From: Bacteroidia bacterium
GTDB taxonomy: Bacteria > Bacteroidota > Bacteroidia > NS11-12g > UBA9320
Assembly (NCBI GenBank): GCA_965216465.1
Contig: CBDCFW010000005.1
Span: 256,001-320,000, forward strand
Direction of reading: 5' to 3'
Length of the DNA stretch: 64,000 nucleotides
Numbering within the stretch: the stretch's first letter is position 1; each line of letters starts with the position of its first letter. A program made the translations under genes and the position numbers. The notes beneath the pieces were generated by a model. That model ran no database searches and had not been told where the DNA came from. It saw only the letters and a list, made by a program, of their open reading frames with translations. Below are positions 10,075 to 20,285 of the stretch, piece by piece.

Positions 10075-10838
10075 CGTTTTTCAATAATAAGCGGTTTGTA
10101 TTTTCGTAAATTTAATAGCTGCTGAGCACTACTTTTCTTAATGGCCACAACTAAATAATCGTGATCAGAAAAGTAGCAAAGAGGATCTCCTTCTTGAACA
10201 TCTGCAAAGTTCTTGGAGATTGAATTGATACTTGAATGTCTACTCAGATTAATGGTGTATGGGTGCGATTGAACAAAGGTCTCAAATTCGTTCCGCGACA
10301 CATTGGTATAAGCGTTTCCAAAGTGATCTACAAACAGCACTGTTCCTCGTAATTCATTCTCATCTCTAACGGGAATAATCTTACTTTTGGTATTTACTTT
10401 ATCTGTCTTTTGAGCTACTTGGTCTAAATTGTAATTGGCGTTTACGAGCTTTTCAATAAACGGCAAATACACATTTTGAATCTTTACTTCGTAGTGCTCA
10501 GTGGGCAATAAATAGTAATCCATAAAATCTTCGCCAAAAATTAAACTTAAGATTCCGTTATCAGGAGCGATGAAAAAATGACCGTTATACTTAGCTGCAA
10601 GATGGCCTTCAAACGAGGTAGCAACTACATTGGTAGCCAGTATATGAACGCTTCCCTGTTCAAAGTCTTGATACACCATAGAAGACAAATACGCAGCTTC
10701 TACAATATCAAATGGTTCAATTCTACTTGTTATCTCAATAAAGGGCATTTTGACGTTCATTTGATCCATTGCACCTCTAAACGAGGCCAAATAATGCGAA
10801 TCAGCACCAAAATCACTTAAAAATGTAAGTACAGACAA
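10071..10838 (-). CDS. SAM hydrolase / SAM-dependent halogenase (DUF62) family protein
   Basis: TFLSDFG, FIAPDNG, VDHFGNAYTN. Confidence 0.88.
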   Translation of the reverse strand: MSVLTFLSDFGADSHYLASFRGAMDQMNVKMPFIEITSRIEPFDIVEAAYLSSMVYQDFEQGSVHILATNVVATSFEGHLAAKYNGHFFIAPDNGILSLIFGEDFMDYYLLPTEHYEVKIQNVYLPFIEKLVNANYNLDQVAQKTDKVNTKSKIIPVRDENELRGTVLFVDHFGNAYTNVSRNEFETFVQSHPYTINLSRHSSINSISKNFADVQEGDPLCYFSDHDYLVVAIKKSSAQQLLNLRKYKPLIIEKR

Positions 10839-10902
10839 GTTAAAATTTACTTAATTTAGCCGACGAAAATAAGCACTGTACCTAACATTTTTATAAAATA
10901 CC

Positions 10903-11841
10903 TTGGCAGAAAGAAAATATTTAATTGAAGACATAAATCCATCTCGATTTTTTGGTCCGTACAACAGTTATTTTAAATTGTTTAAGGCCAAATATGAAAC
11001 CTTAAAAATCTCTTCTCGTGGAAATCAGATCACCATCAAAGGTGAAGATAAAGACATCGACGAGTTTATTACCGCCACCGAGTCAATTGTGAAATACCTA
11101 AAACTAAACGAAAATGTAAGTTTGGGAGATATAGAACGCGTGGTTGAAGGCGAAGAGAATACAGAGAAAAAAGAAAAGGGAATTATTATTCACGGACAAA
11201 GTGGAAGAATCATTTCTGCTCGAACGAAGAACCAGCAAGAATTAGTGGCAAAGGTTGAAAAAAACGACTTGGTATTTGCTATCGGACCGGCTGGAACAGG
11301 AAAAACATATACTGCTGTAGCTCTGGCAGTTAGAGCATTAAAAAACAAGGAAGTAAAACGTATTGTTTTGTGTAGACCTGCCGTTGAAGCTGGAGAGAGT
11401 TTAGGTTTTTTACCAGGAGATCTAAAAGAAAAAGTTGACCCTTATTTACGCCCCTTATACGACGCATTATTAGACATGCTTCCTGCCGAAAAATTTAGAG
11501 CCTATATGGAGAAAGGCATTATCGAAATAGCACCGATGGCCTTTATGCGAGGAAGAACACTGAACAACTGTTTCACCATTTTAGATGAAGCTCAAAATGC
11601 AACCGAAACACAACTCAAAATGTTCTTAACGCGTATGGGTCCAATCTCAAAAGTAGTGGTTACCGGAGACCTCAGTCAAATTGACCTTCCTCCAAAGGCC
11701 AAAAGTGGTTTAGCGACTGCTTTAGACATCCTTAAACCTGTAAAAGATATTGGCATCGTTCGATTAAACGAAAATGATGTCGTACGTCACCGACTAGTTA
11801 AAGACATCATTAAAGCTTACAACAAAAAGAAAAAGGATTAA
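10903..11841 (+). CDS. phoH: PhoH family ATPase
   Basis: GPAGTGKT, RPAVEAGESLGFLPGD, RGRTL, DEAQN, GDLSQIDLP. Confidence 0.96.
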   Translation: MAERKYLIEDINPSRFFGPYNSYFKLFKAKYETLKISSRGNQITIKGEDKDIDEFITATESIVKYLKLNENVSLGDIERVVEGEENTEKKEKGIIIHGQSGRIISARTKNQQELVAKVEKNDLVFAIGPAGTGKTYTAVALAVRALKNKEVKRIVLCRPAVEAGESLGFLPGDLKEKVDPYLRPLYDALLDMLPAEKFRAYMEKGIIEIAPMAFMRGRTLNNCFTILDEAQNATETQLKMFLTRMGPISKVVVTGDLSQIDLPPKAKSGLATALDILKPVKDIGIVRLNENDVVRHRLVKDIIKAYNKKKKD

Positions 11842-11955
11842 TGCGTTGAGTAAAAAGTTGCGATGGGGCATTTTTTGTACTGCTATAATTTGCAAAAAAG
11901 CGAATAAGTATCAATAAAAATAATCCACGCTCCTTTAGTACATCATCCTTCACAA

Positions 11956-11996
11956 AATCAAGCAGTTACATCGTTATTTGTATAGTTTCTAAATTA
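11956..11996. promoter_or_regulatory. IHF-like consensus plus imperfect AT-rich palindrome upstream of the act operon
   Basis: AATCAAGCAGTTA (WATCAAnnnnTTR) at 11956-11968; TTATTTGTATAGTTTCTAAATTA at 11974-11996. Confidence 0.3.
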
Positions 11997-12039
11997 ACAA
12001 ATTGTGAATATCTGAATCCAGTCGATTTTATGAGTCGTC

Positions 12040-12047
12040 TATATTTG
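12040..12047 (+). promoter_or_regulatory. -7 promoter element of the act operon
   Basis: TATATTTG 29 nt before ATG 12077. Confidence 0.7.
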
Positions 12048-12076
12048 CAGCCGCATAGATATATGCATATAATTGT

Positions 12077-13009
12077 ATGTACAAACCAAAAACCAACATA
12101 GTCCTAGTACTAATTTTTACATCAATAAGCACCTTATCATTTTCAAATAATAATATGTCATCATTTTATTCAGATTCTACGTTTCTCGCGTTAATGATTT
12201 TATCGCTAGTGTTAGTAGCCATCTCAGCCTTGTTGTTTGGGATTCAAAAACACTTGAAAACATTAAATCGTGAAAAGTATCCAGAGGAAGCAGAGCCTTC
12301 TTTGTACGAAAGAAAAATCAAGCCGGTTATTTCAAAATGGAATCCTACCGTAGCTACTTTGGTGATTACAGGAATTCTTCTTGTATTCTTCATTGGGCCT
12401 ATGGGTTACATGTATGGAATGAACGAGGTTGGTGTTCAGCAAGGATATGCTCCAGAACAACCAATCAACTTCTCGCATGAGATTCACGCTGGCCAGTATG
12501 AAATCGATTGTAAGTATTGCCACAGTACGGTAGAAAAGTCAAAATCAGCAAGTATTCCTTCATTGAACACCTGTATGAACTGTCACAAGTTTGTGAAAGC
12601 TTCTGACAAGTACAATGGAAATACTTCTCCAGAGATACAAAAAATCTATGATGCAATCGGATATGATGGTGAAAACATGGAGTACATCGAAGGTGCGGTT
12701 CAAAAACCAATTAAATGGGTGAGAATTCATAACCTTCCTGATTTGTCTTACTTCAATCACTCGCAACACGTTGTTGTTGGTAAGGTAGAATGTCAAACTT
12801 GTCACGGACCAATTGAAGAAATGGAAAGAGTTTACCAATTCTCTTCTCTTCAAATGGGATGGTGTGTTGATTGTCACCGCGAAAGAGGTATCGATTCAGA
12901 AAACAATAAGTACTATGAAGAAGTACATAAGAATATGAAAGCCGAAGGTAAGGACTACATTACCGTTGCTGAGAACGGGGGATTAGAATGTAGTAAGTGT
13001 CACTATTAA
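12077..13009 (+). CDS. actA: Alternative complex III pentaheme cytochrome c subunit
   Basis: Five CxxCH motifs (CKYCH, CMNCH, CQTCH, CVDCH, CSKCH); GYAPEQPINFSHEIHAG; N-terminal TM helices. Confidence 0.95.
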   Translation: MYKPKTNIVLVLIFTSISTLSFSNNNMSSFYSDSTFLALMILSLVLVAISALLFGIQKHLKTLNREKYPEEAEPSLYERKIKPVISKWNPTVATLVITGILLVFFIGPMGYMYGMNEVGVQQGYAPEQPINFSHEIHAGQYEIDCKYCHSTVEKSKSASIPSLNTCMNCHKFVKASDKYNGNTSPEIQKIYDAIGYDGENMEYIEGAVQKPIKWVRIHNLPDLSYFNHSQHVVVGKVECQTCHGPIEEMERVYQFSSLQMGWCVDCHRERGIDSENNKYYEEVHKNMKAEGKDYITVAENGGLECSKCHY

Positions 13010-13034
13010 TTAAAAGTCTAGAGAATATACATAA

Positions 13035-16000
13035 ATGAAGTCTTCAAATAAATACTGGAAAGGAATCGAAGAGCTGGAGCAAACTCCTGATTTCGTTGAC
13101 GCAAATGTTAACGAATTTTCAGAAGGATTGCCGTTAGACAAAGTTTTCGGAAACGATGATGATGTTAGAGCGAATCGAAGAGACTTTCTTAAATTTTTTG
13201 GTTTCAGCCTTGGTGCGGTAACCTTAGCTGCGTGTAATAGAACGTCAGTTAAAAAAGCAGTTCCATATGCTGTTAAACCTGAAAACGTAACTCCTGGAGT
13301 ACCTTTATACTATGCTAGCTCATCGGTTAGCAACAGCGAAGGTTTCCCAATGCTTGTTAAAGTTAGAGAAGGACGACCTATTAAGTTCGAACCTAACAAA
13401 GAAGCGAGTTACTACGGTGGTGGTTTAGATGGTCTTGCACACTCTGCAATTCTTTCTTTGTATGACACCAACCGATTACAAGGTCCAATGCTTGCTGGAA
13501 ATAACCAATCAGTTGCATGGGATGAATTTGACAAAAACGTTGTTGCTGCTTTAGACAAAACTGCAGCCAGCGGTAAATCAATTGCTATTGTAACTGGATC
13601 AAATACTAGCTTAGTAAACAATCAAGCTATTGCCGATTTCAAAGCAAAATATGCAAATACCAACACGGTTGCTTATGAAGCGATTTCATACTCTGGAATC
13701 ACTCGAGCAAATAACAGCTCTTTTGGAAAAGCAGTTATTCCTGCGTACAATTTCGACAAAGCAGAAGTTATCGTAAGTTTTGGAGCTGATTTCTTAGGGA
13801 CTTGGATTAGCCCAGTAAGATTCTCTTCAGACTACGCTAAGAACAGAGTTCCTAAAAATGGTAAAATGTCTAAGCATTACCAATTTGAAGCCTTGATGTC
13901 TTTAACTGGGTCAAATGCTGACAGCCGTGCTCCAATGAAGATGAGTAACGTTGGTCAACACCTTATCGCATTGTACAATGCGCTTGGTGGATCTAGCTCA
14001 AGCAAAGGAATGGAGCTTGCCGGTAACGCAATTAAGAAAGCAGCCGCTGACTTAAAATCTGCACAAGGTAAATCGCTAGTTGTTTGTGGAAGCAATAACG
14101 AAGCTGACCAAATGTTGGTTAACGAAATCAATATGATGCTTGGTAACTATGGATCGACTATCGATCTTACCAACTATTATAAAGGTCAAAGTGCTGACGA
14201 AAGAGATTTCGCTCAGTTTGCTAAAGATGCAAAAGCTGGAAAATATGGTGCCGCAATCTTTGTAGATTGTAATCCAGTTTATTCTCATCCTCAAATTGCT
14301 GATGCTCTTGCTAAGATTGGTACAAAAATCAGTACAGCAATTACTATGGATGAAACAGCTAAAGGATGTTCGCACGTTGCTACCAACTTGCACGCTCTTG
14401 AAAGCTGGGACATTAAAGAGCCATACAACGGCAGATATGTATTCAACCAACCTACAATCTCTCCAGTATTTAACGGAAGACAGGCAGCTAGTTCACTAGT
14501 AGCTTGGGCAGGAGGTAATGTTGCTGACAATGGCGAATACACCCATGGATACAGCTACATGAAGTCTGTATTCGCTGACCAAATTGGCGGAAACTTCATC
14601 AAAACTATTGAGCAAGGATTTAAAGACAACGTAGGTGTTGCCTCTACTCCTGCCCTAGTTGGAAATGTAAACTTCGGTGACATTGCTAAGAAGTCTGACC
14701 AAACTGAAATTATCCTTTACCAAAAAGTGGGTGTTAGAGATGGTGCTTTTGGAAACACTCCTTGGGCACACGAAATGCCAGATCCAATCACTAAAGTAAC
14801 TTGGGATAACTACTTAACCGTTTCAATGCCAGACGCAAAAGCAAACGGATGGGTAGATGGAGACCTTGTTAACATATCAGCAGGTTCAGGTTCAATTGAA
14901 GCTCTACCTATCTTAATTCAACCAGGACAAGCTAAAGGTACATACGGTGTTGCTCTAGGATACGGAAGAGAATTACCTGATACCGTTAAGAATGACCTTA
15001 AAGACTTAGGTAAGAATGCCTTCCCTCTTGTAAATTACAAAGGAGGATCTGCTTCTTATACTATTTCAAACCCAAGCTTCGAAAAAGCAGAAGGTAGACG
15101 TCATGAGTTTGGACAAACACAAACACACTACTCTATTGAAGGTAGAGATATTGTAAGAGAAGCTAGCTTAGAAGAATACCGTAAAGATCCTCATGCTGGT
15201 GGACACTTCCATAAACCAAAACCAATTTCGTTGTGGGATGATCATGATTATAGCAAAGGTCACCACTGGGGTATGGCCATCGACCTAAACAAGTGTACAG
15301 GTTGTAGTGCTTGTATTGTAAGTTGTTCTATTGAAAACAACGTACCAATTGTAGGAAGAGATGAGGTTAGAAGAAGAAGAGAAATGCATTGGTTGCGTAT
15401 TGATAGATACTACAGCTTTGAAGTACCTGAAACTAAAGACTTGAGCTTAAGTCTTGTTAACGGTGGAGATCAGCACGTAGAAAAAGGTGACTACATGACT
15501 CAGGAGAAGGTAATGGAAGAATATTCTTCAGTAACAGATTCTACTGATTACTACCAAAATGTAAAAGTAGTTCACCAACCGATGTTATGTCAGCATTGTG
15601 ATAATGCTCCTTGTGAGACTGTATGCCCGGTACTAGCAACCACGCACAGTTCCGAAGGTCTTAACCAAATGACATACAACAGATGTATTGGAACTAAGTA
15701 CTGCGGAAATAACTGTCCGTATAAAGTAAGAAGATTTAACTGGTTTAAATACAATAACAACTCGAAGTTCGATTACCACTTCAGCAACGATCTAGGTAAA
15801 ATGGTTATTAACCCTGATGTTACTGTAAGATCAAGAGGTGTAATGGAGAAATGTAGTTTCTGTGTTCAAAGAATTCAAACTGCTAAGCTTACAGCTAAGA
15901 AAGAGAATCGTACGCTAGAAGCTAATGAGTTTACCACAGCATGTGCTCAAACTTGTCCTTCAGGAGCTATCGTATTTGGTGACATGAATGATCCAAACAG

Positions 16001-16130
16001 CGACATCTCTAAATTGTACAAAGACGAAAGAGCATATCACGTTATTGAAGAGTTAGGTACTAAGCCAAGTGTTAAGTACATGACTAAGATCAGAAATAAA
16101 GAAGCAAACACTAACCATAACGCGCATTAA
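13035..16130 (+). CDS. actB: Alternative complex III subunit ActB (molybdopterin-oxidoreductase-like domain plus Fe-S domain)
   Basis: Tat motif RRDFLK, lipobox LAAC; CTGCSACIVSC, CQHCDNAPCETVC, CIGTKYCGNNCP, CSFC...CAQTCP. Confidence 0.95.
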   Translation: MKSSNKYWKGIEELEQTPDFVDANVNEFSEGLPLDKVFGNDDDVRANRRDFLKFFGFSLGAVTLAACNRTSVKKAVPYAVKPENVTPGVPLYYASSSVSNSEGFPMLVKVREGRPIKFEPNKEASYYGGGLDGLAHSAILSLYDTNRLQGPMLAGNNQSVAWDEFDKNVVAALDKTAASGKSIAIVTGSNTSLVNNQAIADFKAKYANTNTVAYEAISYSGITRANNSSFGKAVIPAYNFDKAEVIVSFGADFLGTWISPVRFSSDYAKNRVPKNGKMSKHYQFEALMSLTGSNADSRAPMKMSNVGQHLIALYNALGGSSSSKGMELAGNAIKKAAADLKSAQGKSLVVCGSNNEADQMLVNEINMMLGNYGSTIDLTNYYKGQSADERDFAQFAKDAKAGKYGAAIFVDCNPVYSHPQIADALAKIGTKISTAITMDETAKGCSHVATNLHALESWDIKEPYNGRYVFNQPTISPVFNGRQAASSLVAWAGGNVADNGEYTHGYSYMKSVFADQIGGNFIKTIEQGFKDNVGVASTPALVGNVNFGDIAKKSDQTEIILYQKVGVRDGAFGNTPWAHEMPDPITKVTWDNYLTVSMPDAKANGWVDGDLVNISAGSGSIEALPILIQPGQAKGTYGVALGYGRELPDTVKNDLKDLGKNAFPLVNYKGGSASYTISNPSFEKAEGRRHEFGQTQTHYSIEGRDIVREASLEEYRKDPHAGGHFHKPKPISLWDDHDYSKGHHWGMAIDLNKCTGCSACIVSCSIENNVPIVGRDEVRRRREMHWLRIDRYYSFEVPETKDLSLSLVNGGDQHVEKGDYMTQEKVMEEYSSVTDSTDYYQNVKVVHQPMLCQHCDNAPCETVCPVLATTHSSEGLNQMTYNRCIGTKYCGNNCPYKVRRFNWFKYNNNSKFDYHFSNDLGKMVINPDVTVRSRGVMEKCSFCVQRIQTAKLTAKKENRTLEANEFTTACAQTCPSGAIVFGDMNDPNSDISKLYKDERAYHVIEELGTKPSVKYMTKIRNKEANTNHNAH

Positions 16131-16139
16131 TAATAAAGC

Positions 16140-17486
16140 ATGTATCAAGCAGAAATTAGACAACCATTAGTAACCGGAGGTAAAACGTACTCCGATGTAA
16201 CTGAAGACATCTGCAGGCCAATTGAAAACAAGCCAACTAAATCTTGGTGGCTCGGATTCACCATTGCTCTAATATGTTTATTCATCTTAGTAGCAACACT
16301 TACTTGGACTGTATGGGAAGGTATCGGAACGTGGAACGTAAACAAAACGGTAATGTGGGGTTGGGATATCACCAACTTCGTATTCTGGGTTGGTATTGGT
16401 CACGCCGGTACTTTGATCTCAGCTATCTTATTACTATTTAGACAAAAATGGAGAATGTCCATTAACCGATCTGCAGAAGCAATGACAATCTTTGCGGTAT
16501 TCTGTGCTGCAATATTTCCATTGTTTCACATGGGTAGAGTTTGGTTAGGCTACTGGCCTTTACCACTGCCAAATGCATTTGGTTCGTTATGGGTAAACTT
16601 TAACTCTCCTCTTCTTTGGGACGTATTTGCAATCTCTACTTATCTATCGGTTTCTTTAGTATTCTGGTACTTAGGTTTGATTCCAGATATAGCTACAGTA
16701 AGAGATAGAGCTAAAACTAAAGCTAGAAAATTCTGGTACGGATTCTTTGCAATGGGCTGGAACGGTTCAGCAAAGTCTTGGGCACGTTATGAAGTTGTTG
16801 CTTTGATTCTTGCGGGTATTTCTACCCCACTCGTACTTTCGGTACACACAATTGTATCGATGGACTTCGCGACATCTGTAATTCCTGGATGGCACACCAC
16901 CATCTTCCCTCCATACTTCGTTGCCGGTGCAATTTTCTCTGGTTTCGGTATGGTATTAACCCTTCTTTTAATTGCTCGTCACGTAATGAATTACCAAAAC
17001 TACATTACCACTGAGCATTTAGAGGCCATGTGTAAGGTAATCTTGCTTACAGGGTCATTAGTAGGTTTGGCATATATCACTGAGTTCGTTATTGCAGCAT
17101 ACTCAGGATACCAATATGAACAATACGCGTTCGCAAACAGAATGTTTGGACCTTATGCTTGGGCATACTGGACCATGATGTTCTGTAACCTCGTTGCTCC
17201 TCAAGTATTCTGGAGTAAATGGGCAAGAACTACACCATGGTTCATCTTCATCGTTTCGATCGTTGTAAACATTGGAATGTGGTTTGAGCGTTTCGTAATT
17301 ATCGTAACATCTCTACACAGAGACTTCCTACCAAGTTCTTGGGTAATGTACCACGCAACTTGGGTTGAGGCAGGAATCTTTATTGGAACATTTGGATTAT
17401 TCTTCACTTGTTTCTTCTTATTTGCCAAATTCCTTCCGGTAATCAACATGGCAGAGGTTAAAACAATTATTAAAGACAAAGAGTAA
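16140..17486 (+). CDS. actC: Alternative complex III quinol-binding membrane subunit (NrfD/PsrC family)
   Basis: [44 protein letters not shown]. Confidence 0.96.
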   Translation: MYQAEIRQPLVTGGKTYSDVTEDICRPIENKPTKSWWLGFTIALICLFILVATLTWTVWEGIGTWNVNKTVMWGWDITNFVFWVGIGHAGTLISAILLLFRQKWRMSINRSAEAMTIFAVFCAAIFPLFHMGRVWLGYWPLPLPNAFGSLWVNFNSPLLWDVFAISTYLSVSLVFWYLGLIPDIATVRDRAKTKARKFWYGFFAMGWNGSAKSWARYEVVALILAGISTPLVLSVHTIVSMDFATSVIPGWHTTIFPPYFVAGAIFSGFGMVLTLLLIARHVMNYQNYITTEHLEAMCKVILLTGSLVGLAYITEFVIAAYSGYQYEQYAFANRMFGPYAWAYWTMMFCNLVAPQVFWSKWARTTPWFIFIVSIVVNIGMWFERFVIIVTSLHRDFLPSSWVMYHATWVEAGIFIGTFGLFFTCFFLFAKFLPVINMAEVKTIIKDKE

Positions 17487-17487
17487 A

Positions 17488-18084
17488 ATGGTAGATAAAA
17501 GTATATTATTAGACGATAAGAAGTTTACCCTTGGAATCTTCGATGATTCAGATAAACTTTTACACGCGGTTGAAACCTTGCGTAACAAAGGGGTTAAAAT
17601 CTTTGATTGCTACACTCCATTCCCAGTTCACCACTTAGATAAAGCTTTGGGTTATGAAAGAACTAACTTAACAATAAGTGCATTTCTATGTGGGTTATTA
17701 GGTGCATTGTCAGGGTTTACCCTTGCCTACACCATGAACGTTATGGACTGGCCAATGATCATCGGTGGTAAACCAACAACACTTAACATGTTTACCAGTT
17801 TTATTCCGGTAATCTTTGAGCTTACCATTCTATTTACAGCATTTGGTATGGTAATCATGTTCTTCGCGAGAAGTCGAATGATTCATGGCATTAAAGAAGA
17901 TATCTTAGATGTTAAACAAACCGATGATAAGATGATTTTAGCCATTGACAATAGTGTTGATCAATCAATCGCTAACGCAGAAATCATTTCTACCTTACAA
18001 AGCGAAGGAGCTATTGAAGTGCGTGAGCAAGCTGAAGCATTTAACACTTCACATACAATGGAAGATGAGCAAGTTAACAATTAA
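17488..18084 (+). CDS. actD: Alternative complex III subunit ActD (DUF3341)
   Basis: YTPFPVH, DWPMIIGGKP, FELTILF; operon position. Confidence 0.93.
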   Translation: MVDKSILLDDKKFTLGIFDDSDKLLHAVETLRNKGVKIFDCYTPFPVHHLDKALGYERTNLTISAFLCGLLGALSGFTLAYTMNVMDWPMIIGGKPTTLNMFTSFIPVIFELTILFTAFGMVIMFFARSRMIHGIKEDILDVKQTDDKMILAIDNSVDQSIANAEIISTLQSEGAIEVREQAEAFNTSHTMEDEQVNN

Positions 18085-18096
18085 TGAATTAGACCA

Positions 18097-18777
18097 ATGA
18101 AGCTTAACAATATAATAAAAGTAGGATTAGTACTAGCACTTCCATTAGCAGGAATGATGTCTTGTACAAGCTCTGGTGATAATCCAGGTATTGAGTACGC
18201 TCCTCAGATGTATGTATCTGATGCTTATGAGCCATTTTCTCAAGAGGCAGATGCACCATATGAATACAACGAGCATGGAATGACTATGCGACTTCCTGTA
18301 AACGGAACAGTTGCTAGAGGTCAAGTAAACTTTGTTTATCCGCATGCTAACAACAGCGAAGGATACGAAGCAAGTGCATCTTATACTTCATGGATTGCTG
18401 CTACAGAAGAAAATGTAGCCGAAGGAGAAAGATTATACAACATCAACTGCTGGCATTGTCACGGTAAAAAAGGTAAAAACGACGGACCGATTTTTAAATC
18501 TAAGAAAATGCCTGGTCCAAGTTGGCCTAGTTACAGTGCTGATTACATTAAGACCTTAGCTGATGGTAAAATGTATCACTCAATTACTTACGGTAAAGGT
18601 TTAATGGGGCCTCATGCTCCAATGCTTACACCAGACGAAAGATGGCAAGTAATTCACTACCTTAGAAAACTAAGCTTAGGCGATGATTTTGTTTATGCCT
18701 CTGAAGATGCTGTAATCGAGCCTGCTGAAGAAGTTGAGGAAGCTCAAGAAGAAACAAACGATAACGCAACACACTAA
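18097..18777 (+). CDS. actE: Alternative complex III monoheme cytochrome c lipoprotein
   Basis: Lipobox MMSC, single CWHCH, GTVARG, DERWQVIHY. Confidence 0.93.
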   Translation: MKLNNIIKVGLVLALPLAGMMSCTSSGDNPGIEYAPQMYVSDAYEPFSQEADAPYEYNEHGMTMRLPVNGTVARGQVNFVYPHANNSEGYEASASYTSWIAATEENVAEGERLYNINCWHCHGKKGKNDGPIFKSKKMPGPSWPSYSADYIKTLADGKMYHSITYGKGLMGPHAPMLTPDERWQVIHYLRKLSLGDDFVYASEDAVIEPAEEVEEAQEETNDNATH

Positions 18778-18782
18778 TTGAA

Positions 18783-20177
18783 ATGGGACATCATATAATT
18801 AAAGAAGTAACACAAGAAACATTTCAGTTCACTGGAAGATCAAAAATGATTGCTATCCTACTTTTTGTAGTAGGAGCTATTATGGCCGGAGTAGGTGCCA
18901 TGCAAGTACAAAACAACTGGGACAAGCCTGCACATGAAGAAGCAACTGAAGCTACTCACGAAGAAGCGGCTGTTGAAGAACACCATGCTACGCTTACTTC
19001 TGCTGAGTCTCCGTCTGAAGGAGCAGCAGAAGCAGATGGTCACCATGTAGAAGGAGAACACCATGAAACTACTTTTATGAGTAGAGTATGGGCTAACTTG
19101 CTTATGAATAGCTATTATTTCTGGCTATTTGCAATTGCATCTTTATTCTTCTTGGCCGTTAACTACGTTGCGAACGCTGGATGGGCAACCATGATAAAGC
19201 GTATTCCAGAGGCAATCAGTAGTTATACCTTAGTAGGATTTGTTATCTTATTTGCTGTAATTTTACTAGGACGTCACGATATGTATCACTGGGTACAATA
19301 TTTTGGAAGTTCAGCAGCAGGTGATGCAAATAGTGCTGGTTACGATGCCATTTTGGAAAGTAAAAGCTGGTTACTGAACAACGGTACCATCTTCTTCTTT
19401 ATTCCATTTGTATTCATCGTATGGTACTTTATCAGACATAAGTTAAGAACAAACAGTATTAAAGAAGATAAAGAAGGTGGTTTGAGCTTCTTCAGAAACT
19501 CAACCAGATGGTCTGCAGGATTCATCTTCTTCTTTGCATTTTCTTTCTCTGCTTTATCTTGGGTAATCATTATGAGTATTGATGCTCACTGGTACTCAAC
19601 CATGTTCTCTGTATACAACTTTGCAATCACCTTCGTTACAGGTCTTTCTGTAATGATGCTGGTATTGCTTTACCTTAAGTCAAAAGGTTACATGGAAATG
19701 GTTTCTGACGAAGTTGTTCACGATTTAGGTAAGTTCATGTTTGCGTTCTCTATTTTCTGGGGATACATTTTCTTAGGACAATGGTTACTTATTTGGTATA
19801 CCAACCTTCCTGAAGAAACTGTGTACTTTAACGCAAGACTTTCAGAATACTACAAGCCAATGTTCAGATTGAACATCGTTCTTAGCTTCTTAGCTCCTTT
19901 CTTAATCTTAATGATGAGAAACGCGAAGAGAAGTCCTAAGATTATCTTACTAGCGGCTGCAGCGATCTTAATTGGTCACTGGGTAGATGTTTATCTACTA
20001 GTTATGCCAGGTGTTGTAGGAGATCATGCAGGAATCGGAATGTTAGAAATTGGTACTACAATGGCATTTGCAGGATTGTTCATTTACATTGTGCTTAACT
20101 CGTTGAGTAAAGCCAACTTGTATCCAGCAAATCACCCTTACTTGTTAGAATCTGCTAACCACGATGTTGGACCATAA
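18783..20177 (+). CDS. actF: Alternative complex III membrane subunit ActF
   Basis: AGWATMIKR, HWYSTMF, HDLGKFMFAFS, QWLLIWYTNLPEE; His/Glu-rich loop. Confidence 0.93.
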   Translation: MGHHIIKEVTQETFQFTGRSKMIAILLFVVGAIMAGVGAMQVQNNWDKPAHEEATEATHEEAAVEEHHATLTSAESPSEGAAEADGHHVEGEHHETTFMSRVWANLLMNSYYFWLFAIASLFFLAVNYVANAGWATMIKRIPEAISSYTLVGFVILFAVILLGRHDMYHWVQYFGSSAAGDANSAGYDAILESKSWLLNNGTIFFFIPFVFIVWYFIRHKLRTNSIKEDKEGGLSFFRNSTRWSAGFIFFFAFSFSALSWVIIMSIDAHWYSTMFSVYNFAITFVTGLSVMMLVLLYLKSKGYMEMVSDEVVHDLGKFMFAFSIFWGYIFLGQWLLIWYTNLPEETVYFNARLSEYYKPMFRLNIVLSFLAPFLILMMRNAKRSPKIILLAAAAILIGHWVDVYLLVMPGVVGDHAGIGMLEIGTTMAFAGLFIYIVLNSLSKANLYPANHPYLLESANHDVGP

Positions 20178-20196
20178 GTTCAACAGGAATAAATTT

Positions 20197-20228
20197 AAAA
20201 GCCACTGCTTGTCAGTGGCTTTTTTTTT
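20197..20228 (+). terminator. Intrinsic terminator closing the act operon
   Basis: AAAAGCCACTG-cttgt-CAGTGGCTTTT followed by a T run. Confidence 0.9.
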
Positions 20229-20285
20229 GACCATTTGTTTTTATTCGTTCAAAACCCTACCCCTTCTTCAGCCTACCTTTGAGTT

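Noticed and set aside
10071-10838. Fluorinase/chlorinase of a natural-product cluster
   Set aside because: Housekeeping context (phoH, ABM), no biosynthetic genes, no recognisable halogenase signature.
12332-19570. Short antisense and alternate-frame ORFs inside act genes
   Set aside because: Fully nested in conserved genes with no motifs.
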